NCBI GenBank assembly: GCA_030550535.1
Contig: JAUQPF010000051.1
Coordinates: forward strand, 2,974 to 66,973
Source: Candidatus Bipolaricaulota bacterium
GTDB taxonomy: Bacteria; Bipolaricaulota; Bipolaricaulia; Bipolaricaulales; Bipolaricaulaceae
DNA length: 64,000 nt
Direction: 5' to 3'
Position 1 is the stretch's first letter. Each line of letters begins with the position of its first letter. This document shows, in pieces, positions 8,184 through 18,700 of this stretch. Below the pieces are notes generated by a model, which was given only the letters and a program-made list of their open reading frames with translations, had not been told where the DNA came from and did no database searches. The position numbers and the translations under genes were made by a program.

Positions 8184-10235
8184 ATGAGGCTTCTGCTCCT
8201 CCTCATCCTCTGGGCCCTCGCGGCCCTCGCCGGCCCCGAAAAGCTCGATCCCCTCTTGCGCATGCTCGTGGAAGCCCCGGCGGAGCTCCGGCCCGCCGTG
8301 CTCGCCCCCTATGGGCAGGAACCCGACCCCTGTCTTCCCGTGTTCGTGGAGCTTCAAAGCGGGGCGGTGTGGTGGGAGCTTCCAGGGGCGCGCTCCCTCT
8401 TTGGGCCCCTGGCCACGGCCACCGTCCCTCTCTCCCAGCTTCCTAGGCTCGCGGAGCATCCGGGCGTCCTGCGGATTTGGGCCAGCCGCCCCCTCGAGCC
8501 CCTCTTGGACCGCTCGGTCCCGGAGATCGGCGCCCCGGCCCTCTGGTACGGCACCCCCGGCACCACGGGCCAAGGCGTGGTCCTGGGGATCGTGGACTCC
8601 GGGGTGGATATCCTCCATCCCGCTTTCCGCACGGAGACCGGCGGCTCGCGCCTCCTTTTTTACTGGGACCAGACGAGCCCAGGGATGGGGTGGTTCCCGC
8701 CGTTTTGGGGGGACGAGCCCGGGGAGGGGCGCTACGGTCGGGTGTACGAGCGGCGGGACCTGGAGGCCGCGCTGCGCGCGGGAACGAATCCCGCCCCCGA
8801 CGCCCTGGGTCACGGCACCCACGTGGCGGGGATCGCCGCGGGCGGCCCCGCCCTTGGCCTTCCCGGCGTGGCCCCCGGCGCGGACCTCGTGGTGGTGAAG
8901 ACGAACTTCTACGAGGACAGCGTCCTTGACGGCATCCGCTTCGTGCTCGAGGCCGCCCGGTACCTGGGCCGGCCGGCGGTGGTGAACCTCTCCCTGGGAG
9001 GGCATGCCGGCTCCCACGACGGCCGCTCCCCGCTCGAGCGCGCCGTGGACCTCCTCGCCCAAACGCCCGGGGCCCTCATCGTCTGCGCGGCCGGTAACGA
9101 AGGGCAAAGCCGCATCCACGTGGGCGGGGAGATCCGCTCCCCCACCACCTGGACCGTGGTGCCCTCCGCGGCCTTTGTGACGGTGCGCTTTTGGTACGAC
9201 GATCCCGCGCGGTTCATCGTGACCGTGCGCGCGCCCACCGGCGAGGCCCTCACCGTCCTTCCTGGACAGAGCCGGTCCGTGGCCACGTCCTCCGGCCTGG
9301 TTTGGCTCGACAACACCCTCTCCCCTCTCGTTCAGGAGCCACGCCAGGTCTTTCTCACCCTGAGCGGAGCCGCTCGGGAAGCCCAATGGCGCGTCACCTT
9401 TGAACCCATCTTTCCCGGGCGCGTGGACGGCTGGATCGAAAGCGCCAAGATGGGCTATTTCCTTGAGGGCGATGGCGAACGCACCATTGCCGAGCCCGGG
9501 AACGCTTTGTCTGTGATCACCGTGGGCGCCTATGTCACCCGCACGTCCTGGATCTCCCAGGCGGGGGAGCAGCGGGCTGAGGGGTACGCGCTTTGGGCCC
9601 TGGCACCGTTTTCCTCGCGGGGTCCCACGCGGGACGGCCGGCTCAAGCCGGAGCTTGCCGCTCCCGGCGCGTGGATCGCCTCCGCCCTCTCCTCCGCGGC
9701 CGCGCCCTCCTCCTGGTACGTCCTCCCCGATGGCAAGCACATGGTGCTCGCGGGCACGAGCATGGCCGCGCCCCATGTGGCCGGTGCCTGCGCCCTTCTG
9801 TTATCGCTCAGGCCCGATCTCACGCGGACGGAGGTGCTGGCGGCGCTCCAGCGGGGCGCCCGCGCAGACACCCACGTGGGAACCGCCCCCAACGCCGCCT
9901 GGGGATGGGGGAAGCTCGATCTTCCCGGTGCGTGGGCTTCTTTGGGGCCGTCCCAGCGGCCGCCCGCGCCCTGGCTTGCGGCCTTGGACAACCCGGCGCG
10001 CACGGGCGCCACCTTCCGCTACGGCTGCCCGGAGGGCACCGGATGGGCGGAGCTTCAGGTCTACGATCTTTTGGGCCGCCTCCTTTGGCGGGAGAGCCTG
10101 AACCCCGCCGGGGGCCTGGTCCGCTGGGACCTCCGCACCCTCCAGGGGCACGCGGTGGCCAGCGGCCTTTACCTCGCGGTCCTGGTCACGGATCGGGGGG
10201 CGAGCCCTCCCGTGCGGGTGGTGGTGCAACGGTGA
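8184..10235 (+). CDS. Secreted S8 subtilisin-like peptidase with a C-terminal T9SS-CTD/FlgD-Ig-like tail
   Basis: Catalytic triad motifs GIVDSG, HGTHVAG, GTSMAAP; tail LDNPARTGATFRY...LQVYDLLGRLL...WDLRTLQGHAVASGLYLAVL...RVVVQR. Confidence 0.92.
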   Translation: MRLLLLLILWALAALAGPEKLDPLLRMLVEAPAELRPAVLAPYGQEPDPCLPVFVELQSGAVWWELPGARSLFGPLATATVPLSQLPRLAEHPGVLRIWASRPLEPLLDRSVPEIGAPALWYGTPGTTGQGVVLGIVDSGVDILHPAFRTETGGSRLLFYWDQTSPGMGWFPPFWGDEPGEGRYGRVYERRDLEAALRAGTNPAPDALGHGTHVAGIAAGGPALGLPGVAPGADLVVVKTNFYEDSVLDGIRFVLEAARYLGRPAVVNLSLGGHAGSHDGRSPLERAVDLLAQTPGALIVCAAGNEGQSRIHVGGEIRSPTTWTVVPSAAFVTVRFWYDDPARFIVTVRAPTGEALTVLPGQSRSVATSSGLVWLDNTLSPLVQEPRQVFLTLSGAAREAQWRVTFEPIFPGRVDGWIESAKMGYFLEGDGERTIAEPGNALSVITVGAYVTRTSWISQAGEQRAEGYALWALAPFSSRGPTRDGRLKPELAAPGAWIASALSSAAAPSSWYVLPDGKHMVLAGTSMAAPHVAGACALLLSLRPDLTRTEVLAALQRGARADTHVGTAPNAAWGWGKLDLPGAWASLGPSQRPPAPWLAALDNPARTGATFRYGCPEGTGWAELQVYDLLGRLLWRESLNPAGGLVRWDLRTLQGHAVASGLYLAVLVTDRGASPPVRVVVQR

Positions 10236-11017
10236 TCCTCGTTCTCCTTTGGGCGTTGGGGGTCGTGGGGCAGCCGGCCACGGTGGGAGGGGACGTGCTG
10301 TTCGAGCTGGCGAAGCCTGCGCGGGCCGCGGCCCTCGCCGGGGTGGACCTTGCCCTTCCCTCTTGGGCCACGAACCCTGGGGCCCTGGGGTTCCGCGGGG
10401 GATGGGAAATCGTTTCCGGTTACGCTTCGCCCTTCTTTGCCGGTCATTTTGGGCACGTGGCCCTTGCGGGCCCGGGCTTGGCCCTCGAGGCCTTCCTGTT
10501 CTATTCGGGAGAGATTGCCCCCGGGCTTTCCTTTCGCGCGGAGGGCGGGGCCGCCTCCCTTGGGCTTTCCCTGGGAGCTTTGGGGCTGGGCGTTCGTGCG
10601 CGCCTCCTCCATTTCGGTCAGCCCCAAGAGGCCTTGGGCGCCGCCCTGGATCTGGGCTTCCTTTGGCGGGGTTCCCTTTGGCTGGGCGGGGTTGTGAAGA
10701 ACGTGGGGTCCCAATCCCCCTTCCCTGGAGAACCCTGGCCCCTTGACCTCGCCTGTGCCCTGGTGCTCCCCCTCCGGCTTTGGGGGTTCACCCTTTACGC
10801 GGGCGCGGCGGCCCAGGACCTCCTCACCCTTCCCCGCTACGCCGGCGCCTTGGCTTGGGAGGCGGGGGGGCTCGCCTTGGTCGCGAGCGCGGGCACCACG
10901 GGCCTGGCCCTGGGCGGAAGCCTCGCCTGGGCTTCTTTTCGCCTGGAGTGGGCTTTCCTTGGCCATCCCTCCTTGCCCTTGGGTTTTCGCGTATCCTTAG
11001 CCCTGCAATGGCCATGA
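10232..11017 (+). CDS. PorV/PorQ (FadL-like) outer-membrane beta-barrel protein
   Basis: GTG overlaps the S8 stop; LFELAKPARAAALAG...NPGALG; ALDLGFL; amphipathic strands; ends FRVSLALQWP. Confidence 0.7.
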   Translation: MILVLLWALGVVGQPATVGGDVLFELAKPARAAALAGVDLALPSWATNPGALGFRGGWEIVSGYASPFFAGHFGHVALAGPGLALEAFLFYSGEIAPGLSFRAEGGAASLGLSLGALGLGVRARLLHFGQPQEALGAALDLGFLWRGSLWLGGVVKNVGSQSPFPGEPWPLDLACALVLPLRLWGFTLYAGAAAQDLLTLPRYAGALAWEAGGLALVASAGTTGLALGGSLAWASFRLEWAFLGHPSLPLGFRVSLALQWP

Positions 11018-14000
11018 AGCGCGCCTTTCTTGTTGTTTTCGCCTTGGCCTTTTTGGCCGGGGCCGCGGAGCAAACGCCCTCCGAGACCTTCACCCTCAGG
11101 GTCACGGGGCAAAAGACCTGGGGCCTCCGCCTGGGCTTTGGGGACCCTGCACTTCTTTCTCTGGAGAAGCTCGAGCCCGGCGGATTCACGCTCACCCAAT
11201 CCCTCTGGGCCCAGATCGAGGGCACCGTCCTGGATTTCCTCACCATCCGTGCGAGCTTCAACGACCAATTGGGGCCGGGGTTCCAAGATTTCCTCGTCAT
11301 CGTGGACCGTAAACCCTGGTATGCGGAGCTAGGGCGGTTCGTGGTGGGTGGGGAGGGCGATGCCCTGGGCGTTTACAACAAGCGCGTTTTGGGTGCGCGG
11401 GTCGCCCTGGGCCGGGAGGGGGTGAACCTGAGCGGCCTCGTGGCCCGCCTGGAAGGGATCTCTGAATCCCTCACGTTTCAGGGCGAGGTGGCTCAGGCCG
11501 AGCGCACCTTCGCCTACGAGGATCCCCGCGAGCCTTGGCTTCCCGCGCCTTACCACCTTTCCCTGGAGGGCCTTTGGTTTGTGGAGCTGCGCCTTCCTTT
11601 CGTGGAGGGCTTTTCCAAGCCGGTCCTGCGCTTCCGTACCGGCTCGGAGCTCCAAGAGTTCCTGAGCGATTGGGGCCTAGGGTACCTCGCCGAGCTCGTC
11701 CAAAAAGGGCCCGCTTGGGACCTTCCCTCCGGCGCCTATTTGGTGGTTCAGGACCAGGCCTATACCCTCCTCTTCCGTCAGGAACCCAAGGTGCTCCTGC
11801 GCAACCGCATCCTGGACCTTTTGGACGGGTACAACGCCGCCCAAGGCCTCACCGGGAAGGACAAGAAAACCTACCCCTTCGTGGTGGATAGCGACCTTGA
11901 GGGGGCGTTCCTTGCGGGGCTTTTGGGCCTCACCGAGCTTAGGGTGGACGAGGAGACTTACCCCTTGGGGGAGGCCGGGCGCCGGCGGTTCCTCTACCTT
12001 GGGGAGCCAAACGTGCGCGAGGAGAGCCTCGCCCTTTCCGTACGCCTTCCGGGCGAGCAGGATTTCCGGGATATCAACGATCCAGCGCTGAGCTCGTTCA
12101 GTTACAAGCTTTTCGCCGCGGAAGGCGTCCTGCGCTTGGATTTTCCTGGGGACTTCTTCCGCCCCGGTGCCGCGGTGCACGTACGTTTCGAGTATGCGCG
12201 CACCGCCGGCGCCTACTTCCTGGGCCTCGCCGTCCTTCCGGGATCCGAGCGGGTCTACCTGAACGGCGAGCTCTTGGCCCGGGACAAGGACTACACCGTC
12301 GACTATGAGGTGGGCCTCCTCACCCTTTTCCGCGCCGTGGGGCCCCGGGACGTGGTGCGCGTGGACTTCGAGCGCCAGCGCGGCGCCTTGGGCGTCCCCG
12401 TGGAGTACGAGCGCTACTTCCTTGGCGCCACCTTGGAGATCGGATCGGCCCGGATCGGCGTGTACCAGGCCGCGGATTTGGGCACCCCCTCCCCCACCTC
12501 CCGCACCATGCCCAACACCCACTCCGTCCTCGCTCTCTCCTGGCAAGGCGAGCTTGGGGACTGGCGGTACTCCGCCCGGCTGGGGTTCTCCGAGAACGTT
12601 TTCCCGCCGGATCTGGGCGAGCGCATCCCGGCGCCGAACCGGGTGAACGCGATCGCCGCCGTGCGCCTGGCCGAAGGTGAGGCCGTCGTGTTCGCTCACC
12701 AAAATGGGATCACCGTGTACCAAAACGGGCGTTTTGCGAACTACGGGAGTGCCCAGGGCCTGGCGGGCCGAGCAGCCCTTTCCCTCCTTCCCCTACCTGG
12801 CGGCCTCCTCGTGGGCACCGAATCCGGCCTCACCGTGGTGGACCTCACGGAGCCCGGGGCCCTGGACAAGGTGCGAAGCTGGACGCGCATATATGCGAGC
12901 GACTGGAACAAAAACCGGACGGAAAGGATCACGGGCACGAAGATCCTCGCCCTCGCGCAGGATGGGGAGCGGGTGTACATGGCCACGGAGGTGGAGCTCT
13001 TGGCCGCGCGATACACGGAGGTGACGCAACCCGAGCGCTGGGAACGTCGGCCGCTTCCTCCAGGAACACCGCGGGCGCTCCTTTGGGCGGGCGAGCTTCT
13101 CCTCGGCACCACCGAGGGCCTTTTCCGATGGCAGGAGGGTGGCTGGACGGAGATCCTTTGGGGCGAGGTGTTCGCCCTCCTTGCGCGTCCGCCCGAGCTT
13201 TTTGTGGCCACGACCGAGGGGATTCGCATCCTCCGGGACGGGCAGGGAGCGGGCTGGCTCGCGTACGGTGAGCCCGTGCGGGCCTTGGCCCTCTGGGAAG
13301 ACCAGGTCTGGTACGTCACACCAAGCGGGGTTTATCGCGAGGGCGAGCTTGTGGTCTCCGGGAACTTCCTGGTCCTGGGCGCCGCCGCTGGGGCCCTTTG
13401 GGCTGGCCCGCAAGCCGACGGGAGCTTCCAAATGGACCTTTGGCAGGTGGCCCCCACCCTCCAGCGCTTCCCTCAGGCCCAGACCAAGATCGACGGCCGG
13501 GATCTTTCCCATTTCTCGGACCCCCCGCGGGAGGGGCGCGTGCGCCTGGGCCCCTCCGCGAGCCTCTCCCTTTCCCGAAAGCTCGGGGACTGGGAATGGC
13601 GAATTGGCCTCTACTCGCAATTCCCTGGTTACGAGGAGATCGGGTACGCAAGCCGCACCGACGCCCACGGCCTCAGTTTCTCCGGCCGGTACGCAAGGGA
13701 GGCCTGGTCCTTGGCCGTGCGCGGCCGCGCCGACCTTGCGGAACTCACGGCCTCGCCGAAGCTCCGTCTTTCCGGGGGCGTGGAGGGCGCATGGAAAGGC
13801 CCGTGGAATTTTTCGTTCGCTCTAAACCCAACGCTTTTGCCCTCCGGAAGGGCGCCCACGCTTTCCCTGGATTTCGGAGTGGGCCTGAGCGCCGGCGGAA
13901 ACCCCGCCTGGTCCGCCTCCCTCTCCGGGAAGCTCTCCCTTCCCGAGCTCTACGTGGCCGGAAGCTTCGGGGGAAAGGTTTCCTTCACCCTTTGGCCGGG

Positions 14001-14811
14001 CTTTTCCTTGGCCCTTTCCTGGGCCCGGCCGTACCGGAGCCGCGGCGCGCCCGGAACAGAGACCCTTACGCTCTCCGCCCGCCTCTCCGGCGGGGATGGG
14101 CTCGCCTGGAACGCCTCCTGGGAGGAGCGGCTAAGCCATCCCCTGGGGCAGCCAAGTTGGAGGCAAAGCCGCACGTTGTCGGGCGAAGTGCGCCTCCCGA
14201 CCTGGACGCAGCCCTGGGGCAAACTGGCCACCCGGCTCGTCGGAGCTTTGGACATGGACCCGGCCGAACTTCGGTTGCGCGGGAACCTTTCGGCTAACCT
14301 GGATTTCTCGCCTAACCTTTTGCAGCTTACCTTCGGAGCCGAGCAAAGTTTTAGGCCGGCGAGCGAACGCACGGCCACAACCCTCACCCTCACCGCCTCC
14401 TGGAACTCCATGGCTTGGCAAAACGTGCGCCCCTCTCTGACGTATCGGCACACGTGGAGGCTCTTGACCCATCCGCGCTACCCGCCGCAGGTCACGGAAT
14501 CCCCAAGCTTGGAGGCCCAGGTGACCTGGGAGCTGGGCGGCGGGAACCGCAACGAGCTTCGCCTCACCTGGACCCCAAGCGCGGGGATGAAGGCCCAGGA
14601 TCGTCTGATGTGGCGGACGCCGTGGGGGCCGGTGCAGGTGGAGTCCACCCTTTCCTGGACCGCGGAGAGGCTCACGGGCAAGGTGCGGCTGGAGGGGGGA
14701 CTTGCTTTGGCCCCCCAGTGGGGTTTGAACGTTGAAACAGGCCTCCTTTTTGGCGGAGGCCCCCTGCGCCTGGCCGGCTTCCTCGGCGCCACCCTGGTGG
14801 CGAGCTTCTAA
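11014..14811 (+). CDS. Large outer-membrane protein, SprA-like, with an internal beta-propeller (1265 aa)
   Basis: Signal peptide; FTLTQSLWAQIEGTV...RASFNDQ; GSERVYLNGELLARDKDYTVDYEVGLLTLF; propeller-like repeats (GLLVGTESGL, LLLGTTEGL, LFVATTEGI); long run of amphipathic strands; terminal Phe. Confidence 0.7.
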   Translation: MKRAFLVVFALAFLAGAAEQTPSETFTLRVTGQKTWGLRLGFGDPALLSLEKLEPGGFTLTQSLWAQIEGTVLDFLTIRASFNDQLGPGFQDFLVIVDRKPWYAELGRFVVGGEGDALGVYNKRVLGARVALGREGVNLSGLVARLEGISESLTFQGEVAQAERTFAYEDPREPWLPAPYHLSLEGLWFVELRLPFVEGFSKPVLRFRTGSELQEFLSDWGLGYLAELVQKGPAWDLPSGAYLVVQDQAYTLLFRQEPKVLLRNRILDLLDGYNAAQGLTGKDKKTYPFVVDSDLEGAFLAGLLGLTELRVDEETYPLGEAGRRRFLYLGEPNVREESLALSVRLPGEQDFRDINDPALSSFSYKLFAAEGVLRLDFPGDFFRPGAAVHVRFEYARTAGAYFLGLAVLPGSERVYLNGELLARDKDYTVDYEVGLLTLFRAVGPRDVVRVDFERQRGALGVPVEYERYFLGATLEIGSARIGVYQAADLGTPSPTSRTMPNTHSVLALSWQGELGDWRYSARLGFSENVFPPDLGERIPAPNRVNAIAAVRLAEGEAVVFAHQNGITVYQNGRFANYGSAQGLAGRAALSLLPLPGGLLVGTESGLTVVDLTEPGALDKVRSWTRIYASDWNKNRTERITGTKILALAQDGERVYMATEVELLAARYTEVTQPERWERRPLPPGTPRALLWAGELLLGTTEGLFRWQEGGWTEILWGEVFALLARPPELFVATTEGIRILRDGQGAGWLAYGEPVRALALWEDQVWYVTPSGVYREGELVVSGNFLVLGAAAGALWAGPQADGSFQMDLWQVAPTLQRFPQAQTKIDGRDLSHFSDPPREGRVRLGPSASLSLSRKLGDWEWRIGLYSQFPGYEEIGYASRTDAHGLSFSGRYAREAWSLAVRGRADLAELTASPKLRLSGGVEGAWKGPWNFSFALNPTLLPSGRAPTLSLDFGVGLSAGGNPAWSASLSGKLSLPELYVAGSFGGKVSFTLWPGFSLALSWARPYRSRGAPGTETLTLSARLSGGDGLAWNASWEERLSHPLGQPSWRQSRTLSGEVRLPTWTQPWGKLATRLVGALDMDPAELRLRGNLSANLDFSPNLLQLTFGAEQSFRPASERTATTLTLTASWNSMAWQNVRPSLTYRHTWRLLTHPRYPPQVTESPSLEAQVTWELGGGNRNELRLTWTPSAGMKAQDRLMWRTPWGPVQVESTLSWTAERLTGKVRLEGGLALAPQWGLNVETGLLFGGGPLRLAGFLGATLVASF

Positions 14812-14816
14812 CCGCT

Positions 14817-14950
14817 CCTCACCCTCGGCCCCTCTCCCCTCCCCGGGGGGTTGGCGTTTCCGAGAAACCCGGACAAAAAGTCCATCTTCCAGGTTCAGGG
14901 AGCTTAAAAAATCCTCTCCCCTGTGGGGAGAGGGAAAAGGGTTGAGGGGC
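14817..14950. repeat. Inverted pair of REP-like elements between convergent genes
   Basis: cctcaccctcggcccctctcccc... and cctctcccctgtggggagagggaaaagggttgagggg. Confidence 0.75.
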
Positions 14951-14959
14951 CTTCCCCCT

Positions 14960-15751
14960 TCAGAACCGCAGGCCGAACCCGAAGCGGTGGGAGGGCGAAA
15001 GGAGTGGATGGGTGAGGAGGGCGTAGTCCACCTTGTAGTTCCCGAACCGCACGCCGAGCCCCAGGGCCACGCGGAAAACCCCGCCCTCTTGGCGTAGGCC
15101 GGCGCGCACCTCGGCCATCCCCAACAACGCCCAGCCCACGCCGAGCGCGATGTACTCCGAGGTCAGGTCCAGGGCGGCGGAGAGGCCAAAGGGGCTCACC
15201 CAGGCTCCGGCCAGGACGAACTCCGTGGAAAGCCCTCCAAAGGCGAGCTCCCGCAGGACTAGGGCGGCGCGGATCTCCCCAAAAGGCGAGGGGAAGGAGC
15301 CCAAAACGCCCACATCGATTCCAAATCCTGTCGCGGACTCGCCCGCGATGTTCGTGCTTTGGAAGCGAAGGCCGATTCCGCCAAGGACGGGGAAGCCGAA
15401 GGTGCGGAGGTCCAGGCCGAAGCCCGCCAGCAGGCCGAGCTGGGAAAAGCCAAGGTTTTCGCCGGCGGAAGTTCCGAGGTACCCGATCCCCGCGCCCAGG
15501 CTGGGGAGGGCCGCGCCCACGTAGCCCGCGCCCACCCAGCCCGCGAGGATCGTGGAGTCCACAACGATCCCCCGGACTTTGGCCAGGCCCGCGGGGTTAT
15601 AGAGGAGCCCTTCGGCGTCCTCGGCCAGGGCCGCGTAGGCCCCGCCCAGGCCCATGGCCCGGGTGCCCAGGCCCAGGTCGAAAAGGGAAACCTGGGCCCA
15701 GGCCCCCGCGCTCGCCATCGCCACCCAAAAGGCCAGAAAAATTCTGCGCAT
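14960..15751 (-). CDS. PorV/PorQ (UPF0164-like) outer-membrane beta-barrel protein
   Basis: Signal peptide ...GAWA|Q; LFDLGLGTRAMGLGGAYAALAEDAEGLLYNPAGLA; FGIDVGVL; VDYA...SHRFGFGLRF. Confidence 0.85.
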   Translation of the reverse strand: MRRIFLAFWVAMASAGAWAQVSLFDLGLGTRAMGLGGAYAALAEDAEGLLYNPAGLAKVRGIVVDSTILAGWVGAGYVGAALPSLGAGIGYLGTSAGENLGFSQLGLLAGFGLDLRTFGFPVLGGIGLRFQSTNIAGESATGFGIDVGVLGSFPSPFGEIRAALVLRELAFGGLSTEFVLAGAWVSPFGLSAALDLTSEYIALGVGWALLGMAEVRAGLRQEGGVFRVALGLGVRFGNYKVDYALLTHPLLSPSHRFGFGLRF

Positions 15752-15755
15752 GGCT

Positions 15756-18700
15756 TTACCTCCGCACCAAAATCCGGCCGATCTCCGTGCGCTGGATCTG
15801 CCCCTCGATCCTCGCGGTGACGTAGAAGAGGTAGAGCCCATTGGGGACCAGGCGTCCCTCGCGGTCCTTGAGGTCCCAGGTGAAAGTGCCTACGGAGACG
15901 GGTTTATCCAAGAGCACGGGACGTCCGGCCATGTCCAGGATGGTGAGCTTGACGTCGGTGGCCCCTGCCGGCGCAAAGATCTGGATGCGGCACTGGTTCC
16001 CCGTCACGGGGTTGTCGAGGATGAGGAACCCAAAGGTCACGCCGGCGGGGAAAACGGTGATCGTGCGCGTGTAGGGCACGCTCCAGCCCGCGCTGTTCCG
16101 CGCCCGCACCCGGACCGTATAGGCTCCGGGGTTGGTGTACGTATGCGTTGCAGTGTTGGTTTCCGTGGTGGTCGCGGGAGTGCCGTCGCCGAACTCCCAT
16201 TCCCATTCGCTCACAGGGTCGTTGGCAGGCGCCGTGGTTGTAGCGGTGAAAACCACGGGCTTCCCGGCCTCGGGGTTGGGCGGGGTTAGCGAAACCCCCG
16301 TCACGGTGGGCGGCTGCGGCGCCGGGGGCGTGGGCGTGCCTACCGTCACGTCCCTCTTCGCCGTTTCTGCGGCTCCGCCTTCGTCCGTCACGGTGAGGGT
16401 CACCGTGTAGGTGCCGGCCTGGGCGAACGCGCGGGTGACTGGTTGCGGCCCAGTGGTGGTGACCGTCGGCCCGCCGTCACCGAAGTCCCAACGGAATGTG
16501 GCTTTTGTGATGTCGCCGTCGGGGTCCTCGATGTTCGCCGCGGGCGTGAAGGTGATCGTCTGGTTCACCAAGGGCGAAGCTGGACTGAACGAGAAGTCCA
16601 CGTTCCTGGGGGGAGCGTTGGTGACGGTCACCCTCCGCGTGGCTCGGACCTCGCGGTTCGCGTCGTCGCGCACGGCATAGACCACGGTGAACTCCCCGCC
16701 CTTTCGGTAGGTGTGTTTGATGGGGTCGAGAGGCCGGTCGCCCTCGGCGGTCTTGAGCTCCACCACCCGGCCGTCGCCGAAGTCCCAGCGGGCGTAGACG
16801 ACCCCTGTGGCCGGCGACACGGAGGGGGTAAACGTGATCTCGTCGCTCCACTTCGGCGCATCCGGGCTGTAGGTGAAGGTCACCGTGCGCGGGGTCCCCG
16901 TGGCGGTGGTGAACTCCACCCCGGAGGAGAGGAAGTCCAGGGGCTTGGTGAACGTCTGCCCTCCCTCGGTGTGCTGGACCCGCGCACCAGCCATGAATTT
17001 CAGCCCTGCAGGCACGTCCCCCTTGAGGGTCACCCAGATCTCGATGGTCAAGTTTTTGTCGTCGGGGATGACGTTGTTCGCCGTGGTAGGGACCCAAACC
17101 CCGGTGGTGGTGAGGCCGGAGATGCTTGTGGTCTCCCCTAAGAGCCTTCCGGCCGCGTCGCGGACCTCGATCCGGGCCACGTGGGCGTCGCCCACCACCG
17201 TGCCCGTGCTTAGGTTCTTCACAAGAACCCGGGTGATCGTCACGTCGTAGGGGTCGTCGTCCTGGTCCTCAAGATAGAGACGCTGGGCTAAAAAGGTAAG
17301 TCCAGGGAAAACGTTACGGTCTGGGGGGCTTGGGGTCCGGTTTTCCACCTCCAGGCCCGCCGGGCCGACCACGGTGAACGTGGCGGGGCCCTTGAGAACT
17401 TCGGTGGCCAGAGAAGCCCCGCCCTCGGTATACCAGATCTGCGTCGCCAGTTTCAACTTTCGGCCGAGGGGAGCGGTCTCCCTCAAGGTCACATAGAGCT
17501 CGATCTCCACCTCGGTGTCGTCGGGGATGACGTTGTCCGCGGTGAGGGCGATGCGCACGCCGGTGGTGCTGAGGCCGGAGAGGTCCGTGGCTGACCCGAG
17601 AACCGCCCCATCGGCCCGGCGCTTCACCTCGATGCGCGCCACGTGCTGGTCGGCCAAAGGGTCAGAAGCTGTATTGCGCACGAGGACCGAGCCGAGGATC
17701 ACGTCGTAGGGGTCCGGGTCGCTATCCCTAAGCCGGATGCCCTGGGCGAGGAAGGTCTGCCCCGGCACCACCCCTCGGTCGGGGAGGTCCAAGCGCTCCG
17801 TTTCCAGTCCCAAGTCTTCGCGGTGTACTACGGTGAACTTGGGGGCCTTGCCCGGTTCTCCTACGGCGAAATCCGTGCCCTCCAGGCGCACGCTCGCCCC
17901 CAGTTGGATCTTGTGGCCCAAGGGGGCGTCGGACGCCAGGGTGAGCCACACCTCGAGGAGCACCTGGGAGTAGGCATACACGCGGTTGTTGGCCGTGAGC
18001 GTCACCGCGGTTCCTGTGGTGGCGAACTTGTCGAGCTCGCTTCGCGAGGTCTGTTCCCCAAGGAGGGCCCCGTCCAGGGCCCGGCGGACCTCCACCCGCG
18101 TGAGGTACCGCCCGGCGAGGGGGATGACCCCTGAGCCCGAGGCCACGTTCCGAACAAGGAGGCGGCTCAAGGTGAAATCCAAGGGAACTTCGGAGGCGTC
18201 CACCAGGATCCGGGCGGCGAGGAACCGCTGCCCTCGGTACACGGCCTCGCTTGCATCCTCGATTTCTTGAAAGTCTACCTTCGGGCCCACCACGGTGAAC
18301 GTGGCCGCCGCCGGCGGATAGGTGACGGCGTAAGAAGTTGAAGCGGTGTCCTTGACCGAGGTCTCCCCCAGGGCCAGGGCCTTTCCCACCAAGGCCTCGA
18401 GAGATTTCAGCTTCACCAGGATGAACAGCCGGTGCGTCCCGGCGGTGAACCTATTGTTGGTGGTGAGGGCGATCGTTACCCCAGCCGACTCAAAGCCAGC
18501 GAGGGTGGTTTCCTTCTTGAGGAGCGTTCCCGTTTCGCTTCCCCGGCGGATCTCGATGTACTCAAGATCCCCCGCGGCGATCTTCGTTCCGGTGGCGGTG
18601 TTCTTGACGGTGATCTCCCTCAAATCGAGGGTCTGTCCGGTGGGAACCCGGATCTCGATGATCTGGGCCACGAGGAGCGCCCCCGGAAAGACAAAGGCAT

